From the NCBI GenBank assembly GCA_965645245.1, contig OZ287076.1:558001-622000 (forward strand): DNA of 64,000 bases, written 5' to 3'. Every line of letters starts with the position of its first letter. Position 1 is the first letter of the stretch. The notes beneath the pieces were generated by a model. That model did no database searches. It was given only the letters and a program-made list of their open reading frames with translations, and was not told where the DNA came from. Origin of the DNA: Massalongia carnosa. Lineage: Eukaryota. Positions 1 to 11,799 of this stretch are shown here, piece after piece. A program made the position numbers and the translations under genes.

Positions 1-3000
1 CCGATATGTGGGATGCATTGATGACCTGTGACCGCATTAACAGGATCTATGGAAGGCATTTAATTATCAGGTGTTACTGGTACCTTCCTGATTTGAGGGT
101 TTGACGCTAAATGATCTCAAAATTGAAATCGCAAACTTAGGAGGTTAGATCGACTATTCACCCAGTATGAAGCTTCCAGCGTGGTGTTAACACCGTTCTA
201 TGAGAATTAAGACATACATACTTTGAGCTACCTCCTACTGCTCCTAGTCCTTCATAAAAAGATGAACACCATATGCTACCCTTCCTGCCATGAATCTAAA
301 TACCAAATGCTATGGTCTCCCATCTCTTCATCCAGCATATGCAATTTTAGCACAAAAAACTGCCACGTCGTAATTGAGCACTCCCACGATTTGCGCCATT
401 AATTTCCACTACAATAGTAACGATATAATCTAGAGGTATGTTATCGATAGGTTTAGCTTGTGCATGAGTTCCAGCTGAAGCAGGGTTAGCTATTGATAAG
501 TAGGGGTCTGAAGGTCGTCACCGATTCCTTTCTTGTTGCACACCGCTGGTAAGCGGCTCTAATTTGATATATTAAGGAAATATACGATAAATGATATTTA
601 GTAGCCTGGAGACTGCTAAAATTAAGGACCTTAGTTAAGAACTCATGAGTGTTGAGAATGGATACACCTGAAGCATGGGTAGTAGTTTAGAAGATGAAAA
701 CGATGTTCTAAGCACTGAACTAATATTTCATTTATAAGATCCCAATCGACACGAAATAGATTTTCCAAGTAAGCACTTCTTGTAAGATCCAGAGGAATTT
801 GAAAGAAGACTCGAGGTCTCGGATATAACATCGGGAAGGCACCGACCAAGTCTCGTTCAATACAGAAACGCATGATGCAAATGATTCGGCCACTACTCCT
901 GTCCTTGTGTAATGCTTCCTTATGTTAAGAGCCAAATTAGTTAACGTTTCGCCATCATTCTTGAGGGCCGAATGGATAGATGCCAACGCCGCTAGATCAT
1001 ATGCGTGCAATTTTGATATCATCATGTGCTTCAAAGACGTTAATCAAGCATGAAGAGCTTGACTTATGTTATTTCCAAGAACAAAATGACAGAGGGTTCT
1101 ACTCTAAAGCTTAAAGCACCAGTCAGTTGGAGTATGCAGGAAGGGCAAGTGATTTTGATGCAGCGTAGAAGATAGAGAGTATAGCCGTAGTTACTCTGCC
1201 CTGCCATTGCTGATCAAGTAGTGTTCATGTGCATAGAGATTAAGGTACCAAGGGAAACCGAAATGGACAAAAATCAGGAGTTTAGGACCCAAACTTCCAG
1301 CTTCATTGAACCCAATCAGAATTATTAATATAAAGACCGGAAAGTATCAGCATCAAAAAAAACACAAATAAATGGCAAGATTATCGGAAGGACACCATGT
1401 CTTAATGGCAATATGTACGGTAAAGACTATTTCTGCCTAAACGGTTATGTGGCATCGGCACTGACCTTGAGGATTTTAAGCTAGTTTGGTGAGATATATT
1501 GTTGGATTTATCCATGGTATGTTTTGTGCTGTCTTTTAGCTACCTTGGCCTAGTTACGTTATGTAATGTACCTAGCGAATTAGACCTGACTAACCGTGTT
1601 TTTTATCCTCGACTCCAACTTCAATTGCTCAACAATGATAGAGTAAAAGAATTATAGTAAATTAATTGCTTTCTTGGACTGGATCACTTGTATTGAATGC
1701 TTTCTTTAGAAAGGATCCGAGTCAAATGGCTATATGTGGAGTGTCTCATAGTTGTATGTACTCTACTCTGTAGACGGGACCGAGTTGTTAAAGTAATCCT
1801 CTAGACTCAGGAGATATCTAATTCAATTAATCTGACTAACAAGTGATCTCATGGGCCATGCAAGCTTGCTCTATCTACTCACAAGGAAACGTTGAAGAAT
1901 CAAAATTGACCATCTTCGAGGAGCTGCAGAGTAGCCCTGCATTACATGCATACTGTGAAATGACAGGACCAAATCATCCGCAAGGATTAAGTAATTAAGT
2001 GCTTATAATTCTGTTTTTCCTTCCTGTAAGTGGTGGAATTAGAAAATGAGGTACTCCGTATTTTGTTGTCTGTACGAAGTAGTTATACTGTACAATACAA
2101 TACAGAGTATTGTACTTCGTAGTAGAAATTAGTAAGTGCAGTGTGCAGAGCATGTTGGAAACTAACGAGATCAATTCTATTCTTTATTGTATCATTGTTC
2201 AGTTGCATCAATACTTCGTATTTCCACGGATTATGATGGGCCGACTAATCCTTTTTTGATGCGTCGCTTGATGGGTGATGGGCTAGCTATAGAGTAGTCT
2301 AACTTCCTATTGGTATCATGAGGATATCATGTGATATCCTCATGATGTTTCCATGCCTTTCCCCTCGTACGGCTGACTAGTTAACCGACAACCTCCCGTC
2401 GCCGAAGGCATTGCAATTTTCAGTTTGTTCCTATATCTCACAAGCGGAGGGTTTCGAGCTGCTAAAACCAAAATCTCGCAGTTGGTTTGGAGGCTTCTGG
2501 AATATGAAACCTGGGGGATGCCTTTCCTGAAAACCATAGTAGCACTGTCAGAGCCCTTATGGCGTATGATTACACCATCTCTTATGAATTGCTCATCCAA
2601 ACGCCACCATGGACCAACAATGACACAACTTTGCAGAGGGGCTTGGTTCTAAAAGCAAAATAGCGTTACATCCAGAATCATAGCACAGCCTTGGTTTCCA
2701 TACAGCGACAAAGATTTCACGTTCATTATCGCAAGGCCGGTCTGCATGCTATAATTTACTGATGCTTGTCGGTGTACATACATGAGCTGAGTGCGGTCTC
2801 AAGACAATGTTACTCATCTTCCTATTATGATATGATGTGCAAATCCGATTTCGTCTGGGCTTCTCATTTGTTTCGTCGTCACCATGCTTTCCCCGCAATT
2901 ATAGGTCTCGTTTACGCTTTGCTTCCCGTGTCTTCTTCCACTTCTTCTGTACTAGTCCCCGGATCTTCAGTGTCTCCCGCTGCCATTGACGTATCCTATC

Positions 3001-3100
3001 ATTCAATTGTCAAGGGCTCAGTACATATATAGGTAGCTATCACCTCTCATGTGCCACAGTTGCCGTGCCGTTTGGTTTACCGCAGCTCAACCCTTCAGCT

Positions 3101-5632
3101 ATGCTCTCCATCCGTCTCGTAAGGGCATTAACCCTCCTCTCATCTTTTGTCCTTGGTGTCTCTTCACAGAACTATACTCTGTACAATACTTCCATAACCA
3201 AGAGTGCACCGAAATGTCCTGGGCCCCCCACAACCCAGCGTCTTACCGATCTTCCCTATGACAATTACTTCTATTCGGATTGCAATGTCCAAGCTCAGGC
3301 TGTAATTACGAGCCCTGAACCAGACAGTAATCTGAGTATCGTTTCACCAAGACTGATCGTTGCATGGCCTGGCGGAAACAGCGGCGCTTGCGCGTATTTT
3401 CAACCGCTAAGCGGGATCAATGGGACCTTGAGTATTAAGCTGCTCAACCAATCTGATGGGCAACCACTTCATCCAATCTACGCCGAAGGGAAAGGAAAAG
3501 GGAAAAGTTCCGAAAATCCTTATGTCGGCGTTAGCGGGACCATTCGACTTAACTCGTCCGCTGTCCTGACTGTTCCAATTCTCGGGAGCGTACGTACCAT
3601 TCGAGATTTCGTTGAAGGACCTTCATTGCTCATACCAGAAATACAAAATGCGCTCAAAGTCAGGTCTATTCCTGGTGGAGGAATGGCGCTCTCTAGACTA
3701 TGGCTTGATAATACCACTACCACTGAGCTTGGATTCGTACCGGTGAAGAAGCCTTGTGGAGAACCCTCGATCTTGATTAATGACAAAACCCTGGCATTCG
3801 AGGCAGGCGATTATCATTTCTACGCGGACTACAACTACCCGCAACTTAAACAGTTGAATGCCTCTGCAGTTTTTAATCCACAATCACAAGATCTGATCTC
3901 AAAAGAGCCCAGTACATCGACATCCTTGTCGTTTCTGTCATATACAGACAAGCTAGTAGCTGGGGGTTGGCGTTTCCTCACCTATTTTGGTAGGGATTCG
4001 ATGATTTCCGCATTGCTCCTGCAACCAGTTCTCAGTGACAGAGCTATTGAAGCTGTCATTGAAGCCGTTTTGGAAAGAATCAATAGTACCGATGGAACCG
4101 CCGCTCATGAAGAGACTATCGGGTAAGTAAACCTTTCTTTGTGTTTCCTTAATGTACTGATTATAATGCAGGGATTATGCCACCTTCCTTAATTTGAAGG
4201 AGAACAAAAATTCTACTGCTCCAAATTATAATTACATTATGGTGATTTCTTCAGTGTGGCATATCATGATTTTCACTTGCTCATGGCATTTAGGTCGATA
4301 CAGACTTTTATCTACCAGTCATAATGGGAAACTATTTCTTGAAGTCTAACAAATATCTGGCGCGTGCAGAGGTTATATTCAAGTACTATATCCAAATTGA
4401 GATCTATAATTTGCTTCACTGACCCCTAAATAGCATCGCGGCTGGCAAGGAGAATTCTGCGAACAAAAACTTGAAGTATGGACAGACAGCTTTGGCAAAT
4501 GCAGAAAAGATTATGAGATTAGCCGGTCGGTATGCCCCCAAGGGTCAGCAAACAACTGCAAATCTAGTTCACCTGAAGGATGGCATCATTGTTGGTGAAT
4601 GGCGAGACAGCACATATGGTGAGGAACAGAACTCCTTGTTAGCTCTCTTACCCCCACCTCCTGTAAATCTAATCTTGATGTTTAGGGATTGGTGGTGGAC
4701 GAATCCCATACGATGTAAATACCGCGCTCATGCCGGCATCGCTCCGCTCTATCGCTGCATTGGCCAAAGCGGGCATTTATAAAGGTCATCCAGAATGGGC
4801 TACCCTTGCCAATGAATACGCCAAAGTCTGGGAAGACACCACCCTCGACTTCTTCAAAGTTATTGTACCTGCCTCAGAAGTCAAGTCTCGTCTAGACACT
4901 TACAAACAACTAAGCGGCTTTGCTGGCCCGACTGAAGTGGAAAGCGTTTCTAACGAACCTGTAACTTTCTTTGCATTGGCGCTTGAAGGAAACAACAACC
5001 AGGCTAAAGTTGAAGTCATGAACACCGATGATTGCTTCCGGCTCTTCCTCGTTAATAGCACCGATCAAACTCAGTTGACGGCCTTTTTGAACCAAGCGGC
5101 CAATAATATCCGCCGTACGTTTCCAGCAGGCTTGATGACGAGCGTGAGCGCAGTTGTTGCCAATCCAGCGTATGGCAATAGTCCGGTATATGCAGCCAAC
5201 TTCACGACAAGTGCTTATCACGGCACAGTGGTTTGGTCGTGGCAACTGGCCATGTTGGCTCGAGGCTTTGAGCTCCAGCTTGCACGCTGCGAAACGCAAC
5301 CTCCGCCTGCCTTCTGTAGCGATGAAGCAGTCCATAAAAACGTGCTCCTAGGTTACAACACATTGTGGGACAGCATTGATAAAAATAGAGCTGTTCTTGC
5401 AAGTGAGCTTTGGTCATGGGAGTACGTCAATGGAGATTTCAAGTATAAGCCCTACGGAGCCTTTCCGCCACCCGCCGGAGTACAGTCTACAGGTAAGCTG
5501 AATACAAGAAACCATGTTAATGTCTCATGATTTAAGCAGTGCTGACCAAGTATTGGAATTACAGAGGCCGATATTGTACAATTATGGTCGTTGTCATTCC
5601 TGGCCGTTAAGAGGAACCCGAATCTGAAGTAG
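3101..5632 (+). CDS. Secreted glycogen-debranching-enzyme-like (six-hairpin glycosidase-like) protein, multi-exon
   Basis: ATG 3101 starts a signal peptide (MLSIRLVRALTLLSSFVLGVSS). Motifs GWRFLTYFGRDS, EWRDS and YHGTVVWSWQ are present. ORFs 3065-4126, 4471-4782 and 4730-5530 join through short GT-AG introns (first 4123-4171). Stop TAG 5630-5632. Confidence 0.75.
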
Positions 5633-5913
5633 TGACTGAGGTTGAGGGGAAGATTGTATTGATTATGTCAAAATGTGTTGAATATATGACCGGGTGTTGC
5701 GCGTATAACTGTAGAAACTTCGACAGGCAGGGCTGATTTTGAGAGGCTGGGGAACTAAAGAAAATTATTCACGATACTTCACTGTTGACCAATCTTCAAC
5801 ACTCACTTTCTGGTATTTAACATTTCCGCCTCCCTTCTCTTCAGTTTTGTTCCCTTCCAACCTCCACCTTTCCTTCCACTCAACCTTTATAAATTATCAT
5901 AAACTTCGCAATC

Positions 5914-7965
5914 ATGGTTACTCTATCTAGTCATCCATCTTACTTCAACCCCCCCTCTACTTCGCAGGAGCCTCTGGTAACCTATCCCCTCCCTCTCACG
6001 CTCCCGGCTATCCACCATCTCTGGACTGAGGCCCTATCCTTGACCCCAACCTCTGCCTCCCTCTCTCTTACTCATCTTCAACGCCTTTTGCGAACAACCT
6101 ATCTTCTTCCTCAACCCCTTCTTACGTCTGCGCAGACCTCTCCGCTGTATCTCAACATCGCTCTCATCCGCGCCTTCCTAGGTGAATATTTCCTTGCAGC
6201 CGAAAGCTTTCAGAAAGCCATCGAACTGGATCCCAAATGCGCAATAGGATGGCATGGTCTAGGTGGGATGAAGTTCCTACTTGGCGACTGGAAAGAAGCA
6301 CGTAAGGCGTGGAATAAGTGCTTGGTGTTATTCAAAGCAAAAAATATTCTAAGGTATAAGGTGTGGAAGATTGGCAACATCGGTGGAGATGCAGGGATTA
6401 AGCATAGAGACCGAGGTTGGATGTTGGAGAGAAGCGCTGTGGAGTGGAACACAACTTTTACGGGATCAAGGGATAAGGTGGAGCGAGAGAAGGTCGATCA
6501 TACGGTTTGGTCTGTCAATGGCATTCCAGCAGGTCTTGTGTTTGGCCCTAGCTTCTCGGTTAGTTTCGGACATTATCACTATGAGAAGAAACGAGACAAG
6601 TTAGGGAAAGGAAGCGGCGAGGAAACCATGGTCACCATCCTCCACCACAAGTTGCCCAGCATCCCTCAAACCAGCTCCCGAACTTCATCCCCTCTACCTG
6701 AGCCATCGATTACAGCTCTCCCTCCTCTTCCGGCCGTTCCTGGCCGCACCTTATCAACAAATGTCCCAATTCTCCGCCCTCAGAAACGGCTCTCCATTTC
6801 TAGGCTCATCACGCGCTCAAGGACTTTTTCCGCGTCCAAGTCTCGACCCGCTAAATTAATGCAGTCAGAGCTTCCTGCAGAGCCAGTCATATTCAGCGAT
6901 GTTGCTAAACCTACCATTGCTCTTCGTTCTGAAGAGAGGCCATCTAGCGCATCTGCTGTAACGAAAGCCAGTGCTATTCTTAGCAGAAAGGTACAAATTC
7001 CTGACTCGAGGGCCGTCACGGGCCAAGCTCTTATCAACGAATGTGCCATTACCGACAGCGATAGCGATGCTGATGCGTTAGCGTATTACTTCTCCTCTCG
7101 CGATGGTCCACAGTCTAACAAGGAGCGTGGGGTACACAGCGTTGGTCTCACGACTTTAAAATCGCTTCCTTCGTACCCGCAGCGTGTCAGCTCCTACAAT
7201 TCTGGCCGGATTGATAGACCACTAATCGGACCTCGGGAGCTAGTTGAGAGCCCACGAGTGGCTTCTCAGAAACGAAGCGGAGCTACAAGAAAGATGAAAG
7301 AGCAGAGACGGGATGGTACTATGAAACTGAGCAGTGATAAAGGCGAAAAGAGGGGGGCGGCTGGTAAGAGATACAAAGAGGCTAAGCCTAGAGCGATGAG
7401 CTACGGAGCGGAAGAGAAAGAGCAGAAAGTCATCACTAGCGTGTGGAGGCCTGAGAGGAAAGATAGCCTCAGGGGAAAGTGGCTGAAAGAAAAGGACGCG
7501 CAGCCCGGAGAACACGAGAAGCGGATTCCCCCAGCGGATTGCCATGTAGCGGAGAGAAAGATCATGGCAAAGGCAGGTGAAGAGAAAAAGCAAAGCATCC
7601 TTGCGAGCTTTGTGGATGACGAGGAAACAGAGATTAAAGTCGTTGTGCCCAACAGAGGTAGCGCCAAGCTAAAACCAAACATCAAAGCCCACGCAACCGC
7701 AACGAAGGCTAATACCACCATAATCGACGATAGCAAATCTCGCAAAGCTACATCACACAAGAACAGGAAGCAGCAGCTAAGCACCACATCATCCTCCAAC
7801 AGCAAGAGCCTTATCAGCACCCAGACATCCACAGAGCAAGCATCGAAACTGCTAGAATACCTGCGCCCCGTTCGCTTCGAGGGGTTCTTTGGAGAATGGC
7901 GCGCGGCAGATTTGGCATATGAAGCCGAGATGCGGGAGAAGAAGATGCCAATACTGGCGGCTTGA
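5914..7965 (+). CDS. TPR protein with NoxR/p67phox-like N-terminus and long low-complexity C-terminus
   Basis: 683-aa single ORF with TPR-like helices (LYLNIALIRAFLGEYFLAAESFQKAIELDP; FLLGDWKEA) and IPAGLVFGP. The rest is S/P/K/R-rich. Confidence 0.65.
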   Translation: MVTLSSHPSYFNPPSTSQEPLVTYPLPLTLPAIHHLWTEALSLTPTSASLSLTHLQRLLRTTYLLPQPLLTSAQTSPLYLNIALIRAFLGEYFLAAESFQKAIELDPKCAIGWHGLGGMKFLLGDWKEARKAWNKCLVLFKAKNILRYKVWKIGNIGGDAGIKHRDRGWMLERSAVEWNTTFTGSRDKVEREKVDHTVWSVNGIPAGLVFGPSFSVSFGHYHYEKKRDKLGKGSGEETMVTILHHKLPSIPQTSSRTSSPLPEPSITALPPLPAVPGRTLSTNVPILRPQKRLSISRLITRSRTFSASKSRPAKLMQSELPAEPVIFSDVAKPTIALRSEERPSSASAVTKASAILSRKVQIPDSRAVTGQALINECAITDSDSDADALAYYFSSRDGPQSNKERGVHSVGLTTLKSLPSYPQRVSSYNSGRIDRPLIGPRELVESPRVASQKRSGATRKMKEQRRDGTMKLSSDKGEKRGAAGKRYKEAKPRAMSYGAEEKEQKVITSVWRPERKDSLRGKWLKEKDAQPGEHEKRIPPADCHVAERKIMAKAGEEKKQSILASFVDDEETEIKVVVPNRGSAKLKPNIKAHATATKANTTIIDDSKSRKATSHKNRKQQLSTTSSSNSKSLISTQTSTEQASKLLEYLRPVRFEGFFGEWRAADLAYEAEMREKKMPILAA

Positions 7966-8755
7966 ACGGGCGTATGGAAATAAGCAAATGATTTCCATTG
8001 GAGATACATACCTAAGATTGAGATATTCAAAGTGATGGTGAGGGGAGGATACGGATACACATTATGGAAAAAGGAGATAGGAAATGGATATGAAGGTGCG
8101 AGAGTGTAAAAGGAGCGCTGTTCAAAGCGAGAGGAAAGGAGAAGAGAGGGAAATCTAAATTGTCAAGCAGTTTCCGAGCGCCTGGGAGGATCGATTATCT
8201 AAATTGCTGACCAAACCAACCAAACCCTGCAGGGAAAGGAGAGACATGGAGATGGAGATTGATGGAGGGATATATAGTTATGCTTAGACACCTTGACGAC
8301 CAGCGTATGGAAAGATGGACGGATGGATGGATATCAAGGGATATGTATTTAGACTAAATTCCAGAAACTACCAAAAAACCACAAGCCTCCCAAGCACGCA
8401 AAGATTCGGTTTCAAGGACAGGGAAAAAGTCAAATCGTTCGTTTTCGCATTTTCGTTTCTACCTATCTACCTTTAGTATGCAACCAACCAGGAACCCTAC
8501 CTCCATTGCCCCGCTCCCCTTTCCCAACAACAATAACAGCCAGTAAAACAACGCCATTATGAATGCAAAATATTCTTCCCCCGTATTTGCCACTCTTTAC
8601 CAAAGACACCTGAAAATCTCTCGCTTAAGCCTTTTCCCTCGGCCGCACAAAAACACCCCTCCCCCCTTTCGCCCTTCACCCATCTCAGCTCAACCTTTCC
8701 TTCCTTTCCCTTGATGCTTTCCTACTCCATTCTTCCCCCTCCCTTCCCGCTATCT

Positions 8756-10832
8756 TCACCCATCTCCCTCGGCACCAAACTGGCTGTCCTCCCCAACGTC
8801 CGGCTCGTCGTCCATGTCGTCGTCGTCCGGCCCCAGCCCCGTCGCGTTCATTAAGCCGGCCATCGCAACCGCCTGGTCGCCATCCCCCGCATCTGGGTCT
8901 CGGTCCCGGTCTCCCCCGCCGTCGCGGTCGTCAAACATGGTGATTCCCGGTGGTCCGTGGACGGCTTGCGGGGTCTTCATCAGGTAGTGGCGGAGGCGGT
9001 TGACACCATCGCCAGAAAAGACGCAGAAGACGGTGCGTTGATGGTCGGTGAATTCTATGTGGAGGAGAGAAAATTGTTAGTCAGAAGGGGTGCAGGGGAG
9101 TAATGGAGTTGCTTCGAACGATGGCAATAGGAATTTGTAAAGGGGTAGATGTGTGTACCTGGAGGTGCTTCTCGGCAGTGTATGGTGAGATCTTCGCGCA
9201 TAAAGAAAGCCTGAACCCCTGTAAGACTCAGGTGGGTGAGTTTGGGACATTGAATTAGGAGCGAAAAAATTGCCTAGACGAACTACATTAGCGATGAACC
9301 ACGGATCAATCCCACCATATGCTTCACGAAAGCTTACAGGAACCGATAAATGGACACAATAGCTCAGATGCACCCGTTCCAGAAAACTCGGACCTTGCGG
9401 CTTCCCTCGGGTTTCTACATTCGCCTTTGCTAATGCAAGAATGCTTTTGTCCGTGATGGAGGCACATTTTACGAGACCGATCCTCCGCAGCTTCGGGAGA
9501 GTCGCCAGCTGCTTCACGCTGAGATCTGTTAGACGATGACAACAGGCCAAATCAATATACCTAATCCTGTTACATAATTTGACGAGCTGTATGATGGCCG
9601 CATCGCTGACTTGCGCGCAGTGTCCCAGGTGGATATAATGTAGATTCTTGCCTAGCCTGGTAATGGCCAGAACGGAGCGATCCGTCAATTCTCTACATTT
9701 CGCAAGGACTAAATTACGCAAGCGAGGAGAAGTCTCAATGATCTTTTCGATGGCTTCATCGTGAACTTGCGTACATGCAGTCAGGTCCAAAATGCGAAGA
9801 CTCTCAAAGGTCAGGTGAGGAGGGATCTCCAGAAAGGCATTATTTGTGACCATTGTGCAATGCCCAATCCGAAGCTCACGGAGTTGCCGACCACTTGAAA
9901 TAAGTGAGGTAATAGATTCATCCGTAATCTGTCTGCAATTATGGAGATCGATTTCCAGCATGGATGGGCAATGGAACGCCACAGCCAGGATGGAATCATC
10001 GGTAACTAATGAACAGTTGTTCAGTTTGAGCTGTCCCACTCCTTTAGCATGTGATGAGAAGAAGAGAGATTCCCTGAGGATATTTTCATACCCTCTTCAA
10101 ATACCGACAATTCTCTGCCACAGCCACCAGTGACTCATCGGTCACTTTCGAGCAATCAGTAATGTTTAATCCTTGAAGACGAATGCAAGTCCTTGAGACT
10201 GCGAGCAAGGTATGATCCGTAACAGATTCTAAGCCTGTGATGTCCAGTGCGAGCAGCCATTTACTACTATCGATTAAAGAAACAACCCCATGGTCCGTCA
10301 GCTTGTCACAGCCCGTCAGCGTGAGTCGCTCTATTCGATTGCAGTTGATGAATGGCTGCAGCGTCCCATCATTGATCTGCTCGCTCAGACTGGACATGTT
10401 CAGACGTTTGACAAGACGATTGTATTCGAAATAACTCTTGGGATTCGCCACCGACATTGCCACATTCCGTAAATTCTCCAACGTATTGCACAATGGCCTG
10501 TGCCACAGCAAATCCACGCTGTTCCTTGCCCATCGCTTTGAAACTAACACGCAGCTTCTCAGATCCACGCTGGAAGTCACTTTACAAAACACGTGAATTA
10601 GAATTTCGGGAGGGAGACGGCTTATGGGCGACAACTCATGGTCACTGTCAAGGGGAGGTGACATGGTCATTTCCTGGAGGGTATCGATGCCTATGGACGA
10701 CTGGGAATCGTTCCGCTGCGCAGTAAAGAAATCGGTATCATCATACACTGCTCTTTCTGGCGAACTCGAGGAAGACGAGGCCGACATTGACCGACCCGCG
10801 TCAGGCAACGGTGATCGCGATCGGGCCATCAT
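8756..10832 (-). CDS. GRR1: SCF E3 ligase F-box/leucine-rich-repeat protein
   Basis: F-box (ISRLPPEILIHVF...CVLVSKRW) followed by Cys-containing LRRs (LRNLVLAKC, LHYIHLGHC, LRRIGLVKC). Three introns join ORFs 10086-10913, 9077-10039 and 8756-8980. Acidic tail. Confidence 0.92.
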
Positions 10833-11799
10833 GTTTTGATATGAACAGTCAATCGGCTGTGTCTGATGTTCGCGTGGAAGTCGGCTTGTGGGTATGGACC
10901 TGGGAATGCGCACCTCGCCGTTCTAAGCCGTCCGGCTCTGGGTGTGCTTGAGGGGTGCGGGGCGGTATGGGCGGTCTGGGCGGTACGGAATAACGCAACA
11001 TAGGTGCTCCACACCGAAATGTCCTGCGACGGGCCTGGGTGAAGGTCGGTAAGATGACCTAGTGTGTTGACGAGAAAGAAGTGAAGGTTTTAAGGTAGGA
11101 ATGTATTGCGTTCGGGGAAGCCGCAAATAAGTAGCTTGTAACCTTCGCCACAATTAGCCGCCTGTTCTGCGTCCTCTTGGCGGACCTTGGAGTCCTATAT
11201 CTATCGGGCCACGCTTCTCCAGGCACTTTATAGAGACGCTGGGTTTTGATGGCGATGAGGCTGAAATAATGGATGTGTTAGCGGCTTTAGAATGTATGAG
11301 GCTGGATAAGCGCCGGTGAATGCGGGCGCTGTCTGGTGAGGACTGATCATCCTAACACAGTATTAACTGCTCGTTTTATAGGTCTCTTCAACAGCCATGC
11401 AACCGGTTTACAATCGGTTCAAGTGACGGTAGACTTTCCTAGCCCTTCTACAACTTTTCGCTAGAGGAGTTAATAAGGTAGTTAGTGGATTGTTTGAATT
11501 TGAATGTGCTTCCAAAATCCCACCTCGGGCGCTGTGGCTTCTGCTAACTGTGTACTTACCTACCTACATATGAACCTCTATATCTACCCGAAAAATCATC
11601 AATTTCATCAGAGGAAACAGTTACTTCAGTAACTTAGTGCCTGAGATAAGGATACCTGGTTGTGAAAAAGTGTCTTTATTTTGGGGAGAAAGACGCGTAA
11701 CGTTGGTATCTACGTGCTACGGGTACAGGTATCCCCCTATATATAACCCGCCGTGCTCACTGAAATGAATACTCCACCAAACCTGATGGCTCATCCGCA

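Noticed and set aside
1..1500. Fragmentary coding-like sequence (e.g. ORF 732-1034) and an N/G-rich peptide near 1350-1420 resembling an amyloid signalling motif
   Set aside because: Frequent stops, no recognisable family and no supportable gene model.
7401..8060. Long antisense ORFs over real genes (also 22930-23586, 45043-45549, 61172-61717)
   Set aside because: Shadow frames of coding sequence with no motifs of their own.
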